From: Emiliania huxleyi CCMP1516
Taxonomy: Eukaryota
DNA length: 64,000 nt
Direction: 5' to 3'
NCBI RefSeq assembly: GCF_000372725.1
Contig: NW_005201412.1
Location: forward strand, 201,643 to 265,642
The notes below the pieces were generated by a model. It searched no databases, was not told the origin of the DNA, and saw only the letters and a list, made by a program, of their open reading frames with translations. A program made the position numbers and the translations under genes. Below, in pieces: positions 21,507 to 34,981 of this stretch (the first letter of the stretch is position 1; every line of letters begins with the position of its first letter).

Positions 21507-23964
21507 ATGGCCGAGTGCGAGGCGGTGGAGGATCGGTACGTGTTGCATGAGCGCATCGGCCGCGGCTCCTTTGGCGAGGTCTGGCGCGGCCAGGACCGCC
21601 AAACGGGCGAGGTGGTTGCGATCAAAGTCATTGACCTCGACCAGGCTGAGGATGAGATTGACGACATCGTGCAGGAGATCAAGGTGATGGCGCTGTGCGA
21701 GTCCGCCTTTGTCACCCAATACTACGGCTCCCACGTCTCGGGAAGTCAGCTATACATCATCATGGCGCGCCCGCCCTTGCCACGGCCTCCGTTGCAGCCA
21801 TCTCCTCATCGATCCCGCCGCCGAGCCCGCCAGCGCCGCCTGCACCGCAGGAGTACGTGGGCGGCGGCTCGATCCTTGACATGATGGACGCCTTCCCCCT
21901 CACCGAGCCCTACATCAAGACCATCCTGCACGACGTGCTGCGCGGGCAGCCCCGCCCGCCTCTCCCTCCCTCGCCTCGCTCGCTCGCTCGCTCCCTCGCT
22001 CGCTGCCTCCCTCCCCAGCGCCAGCCACCGCACGCGCCTCTCGACGGGCGGCGCCTCGCGCGGGCAGGCTCGACTACCTCCACACCGAGGGCAAGATTCA
22101 CCGCGACATCAAGGCGGCCAACGTGCTGCTCGCCGAGGATGGGGCCGTCAAGCTGGCAGACTTTGGCGTGGCGGGCCAGATCACGGCGACCATGTCCAAG
22201 TGCTGCACTTTCGTCGGCACGCCCTTCTGGATGGCGCCCGAGGTGATCCAGCAGCAAAACTACGACTGCAAGGCCGACATCTGGTCCCTCGGCGCCGCCG
22301 CCGCCTCGAGACGGACAGAGGCAGGCCGCGGGACGCTTCTCACCGCTCCAGGCGTGAACAGGCATCACCGCGCTCGAGATGTGCCTGGGCGAGCCGCCGC
22401 ACGCGGACGTCCACCCGATGAAGGTCCTCCTCCTCATCCCCGACATGGAGCCGCCACAGCTGCAGGGCGGGAAGTGGTCCGCCGAGTTCCGCGACTTTGT
22501 CGGCTGCTGCCTCAAGCGGAGCGCGCCCGAGCGGCCCACCGCGCAGGAGCTGCTGCAGCACCCTTGGGTGAGGCAGCCGAGCGCCAAGCTCACCGACCTC
22601 ATCAAGCGGTACGAGAAGGAGATCGGCTGCAAGCCGCACCAGCTGACAGGCGACACTTCCCCTAGACACTTCCTAGACTTCCTAGACACTTCCTAGACAC
22701 CTGCTAGACACTTCTAAGCCCACCAGCTGACGGGCGAGCGATGAGGGAGGAGCGGAGCGCGCGTCGCCCCCCCTAACCTAACCCGGAGCCATCCCCGCAC
22801 AGGCGAGAAGAAGGAGAGGCTCACGCAAGGCCGGGCAGCAAGTAATTAAGTAATTAATTAATTGCAGGCGAGAAGAAGGAGCGGCTCACGCAAGGCCGGG
22901 CAGCTTCGCGCTCCAAGCCCGCCTACGCCACGCCCGCGCCGCCCCCCCCTCCCGCCGCCGGCTGGGACTTCGGAGACGACTCGAACGAATGGCGCAGAGC
23001 ACACCGCCCCCGCGCGGCTTGGCAGCAGGAGCCTCGCCGGAGCCCTGTTCCTGGATGCTTCCCCGTAGGAGCGAGCGGCCTCCTTCCTACGACACCTCCT
23101 CCTCGGACCTCTCCCGCTACCGCCACTCCTCCAACTCCTCGATCACGTCGCCCAGCGCCTCCCCCAGAGAGAGCGGGCAGAGGCAGTCGGCCGGCACGCC
23201 GAAAAGCAGACACTCGGCCGCGCCACTCTCTCCGGGCGGTGAGGCGCAGAGCTCAGTCGCGTCCCTCGTCGTCGCGCCCGTCCTCGCGCGGCAGCTCGGC
23301 GCGCCATCTCCACACATCTCCACACATCTCCACACATCTCCACACATACACATCTCCACACATCTCCACACATCTCCACACATACACATCTCCACACATC
23401 TCCACACATCTCCACACATCTCCACACATCTCCACACATCTCCACACATCTCCCCACAGCCTCCACACATCTCCCCACATCTCCCCATAGCCTCCACAGG
23501 CCTCGCACCGGCGCACCACCCCTTCCCTCCCTCCTCGTTCCCCGCCCGCTGCCCCAGGCGTGCACCGGGACAAGGCGGTGCAAAAGGCGCTCGCGCAGCT
23601 CAAGCTGGCGTTCGACCACCTCGAGAAGCTCCGCCCCTCCATCTCCCGCGACGTGCGCCAACCCTCCCGCATCTCCCCACACCTCGCCCCTCCACCTCCC
23701 CAGCACCCCCCTCCATCTCCCGCGACGTGCGCCCGCCGAGAGGCTCCTCCTCACCACACCCTCGCCCGACCACGCGCACTCTTCCTCGCCTCCCCGCAGG
23801 TGCTGATGCAGATGTTCGAGCTCGTCGTCTCGTCCAAGAACCCGCACGTCTCCTCTCTCATGCCGCCCGCCGTCGCGGCGCTCGCTCGCGCCCCGCCCCC
23901 CTCCTCGCCCGGACCACCCCTGGGAGCACCCGGCTTGCCGCCCTCGCGCCCCTCCGCCAGCTGA
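21507..23964 (+). CDS. STE20-family GCK-III kinase (MST3/MST4/STK25-like), multi-exon
   Basis: [68 protein letters not shown]-terminal [20 protein letters not shown] dimerisation-like helix. Confidence 0.93.
23306..23488 (+). repeat. 10-bp intronic tandem repeat (TCTCCACACA)n
   Basis: Directly visible within a kinase intron. Confidence 0.95.
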
Positions 23965-24862
23965 GACGAGCTCGCGCCGGCCGCGGAGAATTCGCCGCCC
24001 TCGGGGATCTGCACAGCCTCCCGCCCCGACTGCCTGGGCTGGGGGGCAGCGGGAGGGCAGCGGGAGAGCCAGGGCGCGGCGAGGGCCGCCGCCTCTGGCG
24101 CAGGAGCCGCTCCCGGCCCGGCTGCCGGCTCGCAGAGGCGAGAGCTGGCACTGTTTGTCTACTCGTGGGACCGCCTGCACACCTCCTTCCGCCGTTTTGG
24201 CGTTTCCCTCCTTCGCCTGTAGTACGTCTCGCCGAGCTCGACCCGCACCCGACGGACAGGAGCCGAGTCGCGAGTGACACTGTGACACATACACATATAC
24301 ACGAGTCCGCCGAGCGCCGCGCTCCTGCGATTTTACTTATTGGGCAAACGAATGTACACTTATGCTTTTCCCATACATGGAAATCTCTACGCAACATCGG
24401 AAGATGCTTGGACTGTCTAGATAGATCGTATATAGATGCCTTTTATATATAGAGATCTCTTATAAGTGGCAAAAATCTCCTGCCAAGAGACGAAGCAGTA
24501 GATTGAAGAACTGGTTCAGGCAAATCCTCTCCAGTGTAGATGCTCGAGAGGAGTCTGAGATGTCGAGTTGGTGCGTGCAGTCGCTTGTGATCTTGCGACA
24601 GAGGTGGAGATTCTGACTTCGCGCCAAAGAAAGGCGCCTATAGATCGTGTGGGCCGACTGGAGATTGCAAAATGGCGCGAAAAGAGGGTGGAGATCCTTT
24701 TGCATTGTGAATGAATCCATAGCGCATCTCCTTGAAGGTTTTAGCCCCCCTCCTCCCCCGGGCCCCCGAGTCGAGATTGGAGAATGGAGATTGCTGATTG
24801 GAGATGGAGATCGGAGATCTGACTGAATCTCCGGCCTAACTAAGATGACTTAATCCACAATC

Positions 24863-26333
24863 TCAATCTTCGATCTTTAGTCTTAAATGGGGAACCGGAC
24901 AGGGCCGTCCTGACAGGAGGGGTCTACTGCGGTACCCTGGCGAGAGGGCGAGACTTGTGGGCGCGTCGTGTCCGTGGGGTGAGAGAGATCCACCGCCCCA
25001 TTCCCAGCCTGTTGCTTTGGTGGTCGGGTCTGGGAGCTCAAACCTATCGATTTCCATTGGAATGTCGTGGGGGGCGGAGCGCGTGCCTAGCGACGAGATC
25101 ATCTGCTCCAACTCCTCGATCGGCTCGCGCAGCACGTGGTTGAGTGTGCTGTCCCCGTGCGCGCCGCACCGGGCCATCTGGTTGAGGTCGTACGGCCCCT
25201 CCTCCTCGATGCGCCTACGCTCCGCCGCCACCGCCGCCACAAAGTCGGCGTCGTCCGCGCTCCCAAACAGGTACTCGCCGCTGCCCCCGCCGCCGCCCCC
25301 ACCAGCGGCGTCGCCGTCGCCGTCGCCGTCACCGTCGCCGTCGCCGCGAGGCTCGCCTGCTGCCGAACGCTTCTTCCTCGCCGCCGGCTTGTTCCCGCGG
25401 CTCTCGGTCTGCACCGCGACGGCCGCCGCACGGATCCACATCTCGAGGGTGCCGAGGTCGAGCTGGACTTTGGGCTTGTCCTTGGAGTTGCCGCCTGGTC
25501 GGAAGCATCCCGGCAAGGAGGCCTCCAAGGCGGCCCGCAGCTGCAGCGGCATGTTCTCCTGCGGCGGTAAGGGCGGGTGTGTCTACCGCTGCAGGAGAAT
25601 TCACAGTCTTGCGTGTGAAAGTGTTGAGAGTGGGGTGGGGGCGGCGCACCTTGGGCATGGCGGCAAAGTCGAACTTGGCCGGTGCAAGCCGGACGGCGGG
25701 AAGTGTCTGCAATTTACTCGAGTACCGCGCCTTCTTCCCCGGAGAGTAGAAGTTGAACTTGCCCGGGGCCGCTGGGGCGCGGCTGCGCGCAGCGCCTCTG
25801 TTCACAGCAGCGGGCCGCGGCGGACGACGTTGTGCCTGCTGCTGCTGCTGCCGGGCCCCGGCCCCTGCCGGTCGGCCCGAACGCTCTCCAGCCGAAGGCC
25901 CTCCCGCATCGGCCGCGTCCGGCGGCGGGCTCCCATGTTGCGGAGCTCCGGCAGGCGGCTGGCCCGTAGGCGGCGGCGAGCCGATCGGCGCCAGCGGCAA
26001 GCGGGCGGCCGGTGCTCTGGCCGCCTGAGGCTGCGGCCGAGGCTGGCCGCCGCTCGGCGCCGAGCGTGCCGCGGCAGCTGGTCCACGCTTGGGCGGAGGC
26101 TCGACCCGCGGAACCGCATGCACAGGCGCGCGTGCGCGAGCGTCGCACGCAGTGGCGGCGAGCGGCAGAGAAGGGTCGCCCCCAATGGGCGTCGCGAAGG
26201 CGATAGGCGTCGGGGGCTGAGTCGGCGGGAGCGGTGCGTCCGCGTTGCCCAGCCGCGGGGACTCCACCGCGCGCACAAGCACTGGCGTGTGGAGATGCTG
26301 TATAGGTGGTTGCATGGCCCAAGGCCTCTCCAT
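24863..26333 (-). CDS. Hypothetical Pro-rich protein, two exons (intron ~25559-25648), inside the TIR element
   Basis: ORFs 25329-26333 and 24863-25552 can be joined by a GT-AG intron (AAMPK|ENMPLQ). Confidence 0.45.
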
Positions 26334-26930
26334 GCTACCTGCCCTCTACCTGCCGCTACCCGCCCGGCGCCTCCGAGCTTGGCTGGTCATCGTGGTAGTA
26401 ATCGCCGAAAGTCGCCGGGAACCACACGTTACCGCCCGTAGCCATCCGCAATCATAGGACGGCTTACGCAACGGTTGGACGTGCGCAAGGGTGATGTCAA
26501 GAGCGCTGCACGGCCAGCGGCAGCAGCAGCAGCAACAGCAGCATCAGCCACCCAGCGCGACGGCGCCGGCGTGCTCGTGGGTGCGGCCGCGCCCCCGCCG
26601 CCGGGGCGCGCGACGTGGGTCCTCGCTGGACGGGCTGCCCCGCGGCGGCAGGGCGTAGCGAGATGGGCGGTAGAGGGGCAGGGGCCGCGCGACGGTCGGC
26701 GAGACAGCAGAGGGAGGACTCAGAGGGGGCGAAGGTTTTGAGTCTCGCATCAAACTGGATGCATGTGTTCAAAAGAAAGTACCGACTCCACCAATACAAT
26801 GGGTGTGCATCCCGGCATGCGAGACTCGCGAGCGCAGACGCGAAGGCGGGCGCGCAAGGACTAAGTGTGCTGCACACCCGCTCCACACTGCGTCCCAGAC
26901 CGAAATACGTACACAAGGACACTCGGACGC

Positions 26931-29300
26931 TCAAAGGGGATACTCCTCGAGTGTGGCCGACTGACCGTGGAGCTCAGCTGGCGAGGGCACGGGAGTTGAG
27001 CTCGCCACCCAGCCCAGGCCGAGGACGTATTTGGGGTCGGGGATGGAGGGAGGCGGAGCACCCACCGAGGCGCCGTCCACCGGCATCGAGCCGTTGAACG
27101 TGGCGACGCCGACACGCACCGTCAGCAAGCGCGCCGCTGGCTCGTAGTCGATGCAGTGCGCCGAGCGGCTGCCGCACCCTCCTGTGGCACCCAGCTCGTC
27201 CTTTGCGCGCAGCTGGCTCTCGTCTGCGGCTGAGAGAGGGGTGGGGGAGACCAGGGCAAAGCGATGCGTGACCTTGGCTGTCGACGGCAGCTCCACGGCG
27301 AGGAAACCAAGGAAGCTCTGCGCGTCCTCGGAGCTCTTGATCGAGGCACGGTAGATGATGCGGTCCGTGTCCGACATGCCCGCCCCCTTCCCCGAGCGCT
27401 GGTACATGTCGGGCCAGCATGGCAACGCCATCACATTCTCGGGCGGCCAGTTCTTCAAGTGCAGCACCATTGGGTCGAGCGCCGAGACCTTGTCGACGCG
27501 GTCGATGAAGGCTGCCTGGGAGGGGAGAGGGGCAGATCAATTAGTGAGGGACGCGGGGGGTAAGGGGGGGGCAGGTGTGTGTGTGTGTGGAGAGAGGAGT
27601 TGCGACGCGGGCGAGGCGAGGGGGCGAAGAGAGCGCGCGCGCACACACCAGCATATCTTGATGCGCCCTTTGCAGGACGGCGAGGCGGTGCAGCTCGGGA
27701 ATCACGAAGTCGATCTCGACCTTGCGCGACTCCTTGATCGACAGGTCGCGAGTGGCGACTATGTGACCCTGCAGCAAGCAGCAGTCGAAAAAGCGGACGC
27801 GAGCGGTGCCGACGGCGCACATAATCATGAACGCGCACGAGGCGCACGAGATCACGCCCTCGTGGGTGACGGTCGCCGTGTTGATCTTGACGCCGATGTC
27901 GGTCGGCACGAGTGCGCCCGTCAAGTTGAGAAACGGGCGCTGGTTGAGAGGTCGCTGCAGCAGGTCCTTGCTCTCGGGGTCGGTGGTGCAGAGCCTGAGC
28001 TCGTCGGAACCCTGCTCGAGCACGCGGAAGCCGTGGATCTCGTCGCCCGAGAAGTCCTTGCCGAACATGTACTTGATGCTGCCGTCGCCGTCCATGTACG
28101 AGAGGAACCGAACCAGCGCATCGTCGGCCTGGAACATGAGCGCCGCGCCGCGCAAGACCGGCCCGGCGGTGAGGGGGACAACGGGCAAGGCGGGCGGGCA
28201 GCGCCGGTGGCTCGAGGCTGGCCGCGGGAAGAGCGACGGCGGGAGCAACTCGGTGGTGGGCATGTCGTTCAGCGACTCGGGCATGATCGAAGCAAGCGAC
28301 GCATCCTTCCCCCAAGGCGTGAACGAGAGCGGCCTGACCGCCTGCGGCGGCGCCTATGTTGAGGGGAGAGGCGTCGCTCTGGTGCGCGCAAAGGCGGTCA
28401 TGGGGCGCGGCGCGGCTGCGAGGCGGCACCTTGTCGTTGAACTCGAAGATGAGCGTGCCCGCGACCTCCCACTCGCATCCCAGCCCGACCGCCGCGATCC
28501 CCATGACCGCCTCCGCGTCGTGCGCCTCTGCGCAGTTTGTGAGCACCACCACCTTTGGATCCTGCTGCATGCGCGCCGCGAGCTCCGTCCCAAGCAGAGA
28601 GACGATGTCGACCCGCTGGCGGATGAAGCCGGCCGGCAGCACGTCGGTGTCGCCGTCGTCAAAGTGGACACGGAAGCCGGTCATTCCCCTCTTCGTCTGC
28701 ACGACCTTCGTCACGTAGCCTGGGAACCAGCGCGCCTTTTTTTGATATCGGGCATCGACGCGGTCGCCAAGGGCAAAGGCGGCGCCCTCGGCCAGCGCGT
28801 CGTCGTCCGAGGTCGCCTCTAGTGGTGGCGGCGCTGGAGCTTCGTCCTTGTAGGCAGCGAGGTCCTCCCCGTTGTAGCACCACAAGAGCTCGGCTGTCTG
28901 GGCCGTCTCGGGGTCATTGGTCGACCCGCTCTCAATGAAGCACCGGAAGAGAACTGCAGGGCGGATGCCAGCTGCGAGGGGGCGAGCGGGGCGACTCAGA
29001 GCTGGGAGGGCGCCATACGCAGCGCCTCGCCGCACACGCTGCGCAGCGAGGGTGTGTGCAGCTCCACACTAACTGCGCGCGCGCCGGGAGGCAATAGCGC
29101 GCGCGTACCGTCGCCATTGGGCATACTGAACGCGACCTCGTAATAGCGGTCCGCGCCGTACCGAAGGGCCTGCCCGTTGTTACGACGCGACACCGCGTTC
29201 TCGCCCACGCGGCCCAGCAGGCGCCTGGCAGGCGCCGCTGGCATCCCCAGCAATTGAGGCGCCTCTCCTCTCACCTGCCCTCTCGTGAGCTTCCAGTGGT
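26931..29300 (-). CDS. Multi-exon Tudor-domain (possibly BAH+Tudor) protein inside the TIR element; ends uncertain
   Basis: GDRVDARYQKKARWFPGYVTKV...FRVHFDDGDTDVL is a Tudor/Agenet signature; it is flanked by AELLWCYNGEDL and KVVVLTNCAEAHDAEAVMG; long unrecognised C-terminal region. Confidence 0.6.
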
Positions 29301-29702
29301 TTGCGTTTACTAATGGAAACCTCCTGAAACTTCAACAACTCCCAGGCAGGTTTTGTGTTCCAACTCGCCACAGGCTGGGAATGGGGCGGCTACGTCAGTA
29401 GGATCTCCACCAGTCTTAAAATCTACTATCTCTACCCCAACGATCTCCTGTTCTTGCGTAGAGATTTCCATTACTCGCTTTTCCGCGCGCCCCATGACAG
29501 CACAAATGCGCATGCCCAAGGGACCCATGTGTGTGTATGTAGCTATACCGGTACGCGGTAGCATGGAGAGAGGCGCGAGGACACGTCACACGAGATGCCG
29601 GGCCCGGGAGCCACCTGGGGCGTCTCGGCGAGCCGCGGCACCACTTGCTCCGTGCGGACCCTGCCGCGCGGGGACGCGGCCGACAGGGAGGCGGTGGAGC
29701 TA

Positions 29703-30227
29703 CTAGGCGGTGGGGCGCTCGAAGATGAGCGTCACCTGGTTGGTGCGGTCTTCTGTGTTTGAGGTCAGCGCCTCTACCACTTCGTCGAAGTTGCGTGCCT
29801 TCGCGACGTCAAAGAGCGAGAGTTGCCAGCCGATGGCCCCTCCGAAGCTGGCTGCTGTCGAGACAAGCCCGCCGCCCTGTGGCAAGCCCAGCGACCACCT
29901 TGTCGTGAAACGCAGCACGTCCCCGACGCGCTCGCCTCCCGCGCCGTCCTGCGTCACGACAACCCGACCTGCCTGTTCCTCGGCATTTAGCCCGAATGGC
30001 AGCTTGTACCTCACGACAACCGCCTCGCTCGAGTCCATCAGCGGCTTGAAGGCCACATTTGCCTTGCCGGCGCCCAGCTCCAGCTCTCCGAGCTTGAACA
30101 CCTTGTCCGCCATGGTTGCTGCAGGTGCCCGCACGGCCAACCGCGAGGCCGGCGTCGGCATCTGCGAGGCTGGCGTGAACAGCACCGCCGAGACGGGCGG
30201 CAGCCAGAGCAGGAGCGAGGCGGGCAT
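29703..30227 (-). CDS. Probable plastid-targeted PDZ-like protein
   Basis: Signal plus transit-like leader; YKLPFGLNAEE, ERVGDVLRFTT, FDEVVEALTSN, VTLIFERP. Confidence 0.7.
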   Translation of the reverse strand: MPASLLLWLPPVSAVLFTPASQMPTPASRLAVRAPAATMADKVFKLGELELGAGKANVAFKPLMDSSEAVVVRYKLPFGLNAEEQAGRVVVTQDGAGGERVGDVLRFTTRWSLGLPQGGGLVSTAASFGGAIGWQLSLFDVAKARNFDEVVEALTSNTEDRTNQVTLIFERPTA

Positions 30228-31368
30228 GGGCTACAGCGAAAATCTCACGAAAGGCCCTCAGCGGGTTCCAACTTTTTGCGGGCATGGTATGGTGGGCACG
30301 GCCCAAAGGGTGGGGGGGTCCTGACCGCCCAAGACTAGCCCTGGCAGGGGGGGGGTAATGGTCCCTCGGCCTCTACTGCCGCCGCCGAGCCCGCAGCGCC
30401 ATGAGGTAGGAGCACGCGCCCGTGTCGCGGAGCTGCTGGAGCGGCTCCACGCTCCACTCGCCGACACCCTTCTGGTTGCGGAGCGCCTCAATGTCGCGCG
30501 AATCAACATAGCCGTCGTTCAGAATGCTCGGCAAGATCTCGAACGCCAGCCGTCCAAGTTGGTTGACCTTTGTGTTGCGCTCCTCCTTATTTGCGAGGTT
30601 ACGCATCTCCGTGACCAGTGAGAGCGACTCGGAGGAACGCCGCGTGTGAGAGCGATGCTGTCACCGTGGCCGACCTCATACTGGCAGCCACTCTCGTCCA
30701 ACCACGCCCCCAGTGATCTCCCGCGGATGATTTGAGTACGCCCGTTGCTGCCGTGCCGTAATAATGCTCAAGCAGCAGCGATGCAGCGTGCTGCCGCTTG
30801 AAGGCGTCAGGGCGAGCTGCTTACGTGAAACACAGCGTGGCAGACAGCCGAGGACAGTGCTGTCGTCCATATCTCGGCCGAGGACAAAGTCTCCACCCAC
30901 ACGCGTTGCGGCAGTGAGGTCAGCGGAAAGCTGTGGAGCCATCCTTCGCGATTACCGACCAGGACTCGCAGCATCCCTCGAGTATGATTGGCGCGTTCGC
31001 GGCGAGCTCGTCGCCGCGGTCGCGCTGCATATATGTACATACACGTACGTGTATGCACTTCCAAATGCCCGCGAAAGAAAACCAAAATGACGGCGGCCAT
31101 CCGCGCGTATCTAGTGTGCGTGTCAGCCTCCTGCGTCCTGGAGCTAGCAGTGAGGCGGCCGACGGTGGGACGAGGGGGGGGGGGGGGGGGGTATGGTCCC
31201 CTCCGCGGGAGGCTGGGTCTGTCAGCAGGCGGGGGGGGTCTCAGCTGGGTTGACTGACGTACCATACCATACCAAAGAGTCCGAACACTGGTGCGGAACC
31301 AAGGGGGCCGAGCGATTGAACCGCCTGGCGGCGCCGCTGCGCAAAAACTGCATTTTGGAGGCTGCCAC

Positions 31369-33084
31369 ATGAGCCTGTCTTGCTCAACCCTCACGCTCGT
31401 CGCCGGCTTTGCCCGACCAACCGCCCCAGGGACCCGGCCTCTCCTCTACGTCGACCCTGTTGATGAAGATCTCACGCGCGAGGCAATCTCGCGCGGCGTG
31501 CCGCTGCTCCCTGTCTGGTCGGCTCCCTCGCGAAGGGTGCCTCGCTCTGCGCAGCGGGTCCCCGACAAGGCGCTGCAGCAGCTCGGGTCGATCCCGGTCG
31601 CGCCAAAGAATGGCGAGGAGGTGGCCTGGGCCTCCAGCCGGCTGCCGGCTGGCACTTGCCTCGGAGGCGTTCTTTGCGGGAGCGAAGCGGGCCTCTCGAC
31701 CGCAGAGCGCATGCAGGCAGCGCTGGTGCCTGAGCGAAGTAATGGCGTTTGCCCGGCACGGCGGGACAAGCTGCTGATGAACCGCGCGCTCGCGGGACAC
31801 GGACTGCTGACGGCGGCGACGGCGAGCCCTTCTGACTGGCGCCCGCCGCCTGCTGCGATCCACCCTCCAGACAGCTCCAAGTTGCAGTGTCGACCCCTCC
31901 CCCCTCTCTATCCCGCATCAGGCCCGCCGCCGAGGCCTTCATCCGCTCGCTTCGCGGCAACCGAGTCGTGCTCAAGCCGCGGCGAGGCACGGGCGGCTGC
32001 GGCGTCGCGCTAGCGTGCGACGAGGCGCACGCTCGGCGCGCCTTCGAAGCGCTGCAGGCGCCCTTCTCTCCGGACGACGAGGTTGCCGCGGCGCCGCTGC
32101 TGCAAGAGTACCTTGCGGGCGAGGAGTGGGTCGTCGACACGGCGAGCAGGGACGGGGAGCACAAGGCCGTCGCGCTCTGGCGCTATTCCAAGGGGCCGGC
32201 CAACGGCGCTCCCTTTGTGTACCGGTACGACGAGCTGATGCCGGCGGCGGGGGAGACGGAGGCGCGGCTGGTCGAGTACGCTCTCGGCGCGCTCGAGGCG
32301 GTGGGGTGGCGGTGGGGCCCTTGCCACATCGAGCTCAAGCAAACCTCGCGCGGGCCGGCCCTCGTGGAGGTGAGCTTGGCATCTAGTAGTCATTCATTGC
32401 AGCCATGAGTCATTGTTGAATCGGGCCGGCCCTGGTCGAGGTCAACGCCGGCCGCTGCAACGGCGTCTCGTTTGCGAGCCTCACCGGGCCTTGCATCGGG
32501 TACACGCAGTACGACGCCGCCTTCGCTTCGCTCGCCGACGACGACACCGCCTGGCGCGCGCTGCCGCCGCTGCCTCCGCCGTCGCTGCGCTCGAGCGCGC
32601 GGCTCGTGCCAAGCAGGCGGCGACACGGGCGGGGCCTGGCCTCGCCCGAGCCTTCTCGGAACCTTCCTGCAGGCTCGTCAAGCTGGTGGCGACACGGGCG
32701 GGGCGGCTGCGGCGCGGCCGCGGCTCCGATGCTGAGGACACCGCGACGCGTCTCCAGTGACACGTCCTCGCCGCGTTAGACGGCTCGACCCCGAGGTGGC
32801 GGCTGCGATGCGAGCGTTGCCTTCGGTCCGCCAGCTGGAGCCGAGATACACGGCGAGCGGAGAGCAGGCGCGCCCCTCTCTCCCCTTCCCCGGGTCGCTT
32901 CCCGGAGGCTACTTTCCCAGACCCTTCCCGGCCCCTCCTCCCCGGCCCTTCCCAGGTCTGCCTGACAACTGACCTGCCGAGCGCCGCCGGCTATGTGCTG
33001 CTCCGGCACGCAAACCACAGCCAAGTGGAGGAGGACTGCCGCACGATAGAAGAGCTGCAGCCGGGTCTAATGTTGGTCGAATGA
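31369..33084 (+). CDS. ATP-grasp domain enzyme, multi-exon
   Basis: GSEAGL, ARRDKLLM, VVLKPRRGTGG, LLQEYLAGEEWVVDT, WGPCHIELK, LVEVNAGRCNG. Confidence 0.88.
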
Positions 33085-33133
33085 CACTTTTCGGCACGAT
33101 GGGTTTTAAGCATTTTGCCCCCCCTTGCTTCGT

Positions 33134-33322
33134 AAGAAAGAAAGAAAAAATTGACACAAACCCAAACGAGGGACTGAGGACGCACAGGGTCCACACCTGC
33201 ACGAGCAGGATTTTGGAAGGACGACGATCAGGGGCACGCAGGTGGGGCTCTCCTGCTCCTGATAAGGGACACGACAGGCTCGCAGCGCGGTGCACTCCCA
33301 ACTCCACTGGCGGTCTCATCTC
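33134..33322 (-). mobile_element. Family B retroposon 3' fragment with (TTTC)n tail
   Basis: Shares CACCTGCACGAGCAGGATTTTGGAAGGACG and ACAGGCTCGCAGCGCGGTGCAC with 35905-36116; the first block is also in 14563-14661. Confidence 0.85.
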
Positions 33323-34811
33323 CGCAGTCTAAATAAATAAAACGGACATCCCAAGCTAGGGCTGGGTAGAGCAGAAACTAGCGCAGACAAGAGCAGCAGA
33401 CCCGGGGACTGGGGAGCCGGAGCAGACGGCATCGGCCGCCGAGGGAACGTTGGGAAGAGGCACGAGGAGGGCGGCGACCTCGACCGACTATGGAGGACCC
33501 GTCGCCAGACGACGCAGGGCAGAAGACGGTGAGGCGGAGCAGACGCGCAGGGCGAGACGAGGGAGGGAGCAGGACTTTGCGGAGATCAGCAGGAGGGTGT
33601 ACGAAGAGATTAGGAGCAGCAGGGACCCGAGGGACCATGTGGAAGACGCCTAGTGCTAGTCCCCCATCGGGAGGACGACCCCGGCTAGTCGCCGACCACA
33701 CCCACACAAAGAACCCTGCACAAAGATCGCAAGGGCGGGGACCTGTTCCTTTTTACCCACCTCACAGTAGAGAGATGTCCGTTTTTATTTATTCTGTTGG
33801 TAGCCTTGCTCTCAGCTGCTGCTTTATTCGTTGCGTGTTGTGCCATGTGCCGCCTTATGGAACGTCGGTGGGTGCGCGCACTGTCCCTCTGTGTTCGTGT
33901 GCGTCGCCCATCTCTCCCTGGAGATGACTGCTCTATTTATTGATTTTCTATGATTCTTTGTTTATTCCATCTCACAGTAGAGGGTTTTATTTATTACACC
34001 AGCCACTATCGGAATCCCAGAAGTCCACGCCTGTGTGATGCACACGCCCTGTGAGCGGGGCGGGGTGCGCACTGTGCCTCTGTGTTCGTGCGTCGCCTAT
34101 CTCTCCTGGAGATGACTGCTCGATTTATTTTTTATTTATTTTGACCGCAGCGAATATGTTCACAGCCTTGTTATTGAGAAGAAAATACGTCCTATGGCGC
34201 TGTGCGCTGGCCTGTGAGAGGTTGAGGTGCGAGCCCTGGAGGCCCTTCACACCCGAGCGGAGGCCAATTGATTCGCGAGGCTCTGGCAAAAGTGCGGTTG
34301 GCAACGGGCTCTTGTCCGTGCAAGCCTTCAGCTGGTGCCAAAACGTACCAAAACGTCCTCTCCGCGACCAAATACGCGGTCGTCGGTAGAAATGTGGCTT
34401 GCTTGCAAGAATGGGATGCCGACAGGCGTCAGGCGGCGCATGCCGAGAAGTCGCTTGCCGTGCGGGAGCTCGTGCGCCTCTCCCTGCGCGTGCAGTCCAC
34501 GGGCGTCGTCGCGGAGCTTCATCTCGACACGGCACTGGTTGCTACGAGCGGCGGCGGAGCTGATCACGAGTGACGAATTCGCAGGGGATGCCAGGCAACA
34601 GATGGGCGCGCAGATAATTGGCGTGGCGTCCTAAACAACGCACGAGCATGCTCAACTGCTGCGCGACGCTCTCTGCGACCCCGACTTTCTTTATGCGCTT
34701 TGCCATTCGCCGCCGCATTTCCTAAAGCGACACTAGCACTAGATGCGTCCTGGCATCGGGAGGGTCCGCCTAAGAGGAAGTATGCATGTACTTTGTGCGT
34801 GGAGTGTCTTC

Positions 34812-34981
34812 CCCTTTTGCGCAGCAATACCTTAAACTGTTAGGCCCTCCAAATTCGGGTCGGAGCGTAGCGGAGTGGGCCCCGAGTTTGAAAAGGGCGA
34901 CGGACGCTTGCGTCCTAGCCTCCAACAACGCCTCCCCGGCGCAGAGGGGCCCCCGGAGGGATGCACAACCGCTCCACGCCA
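34812..34981. repeat. Dispersed repeat F; near-identical inverted copy at 55662-55831
   Basis: AAATTCGGGTCGGAGCGTAGCGGAGTGGGCCCCGAGTTTGAAAAGGG...GGGATGCACAACCG present in both copies. Confidence 0.9.

Larger units (their letters stand above)
24372..29476. mobile_element. 5.1-kb TIR element with 8-bp TSD carrying two cargo genes
   Basis: ATGGAAATCTCTACGCAA (24377-24394) is inverted at 29454-29471; GCTTTTCC lies at 24364-24371 and 29477-29484, each 5 bp outside the TIR core; GAGAT-rich subterminal motifs. Confidence 0.75.
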
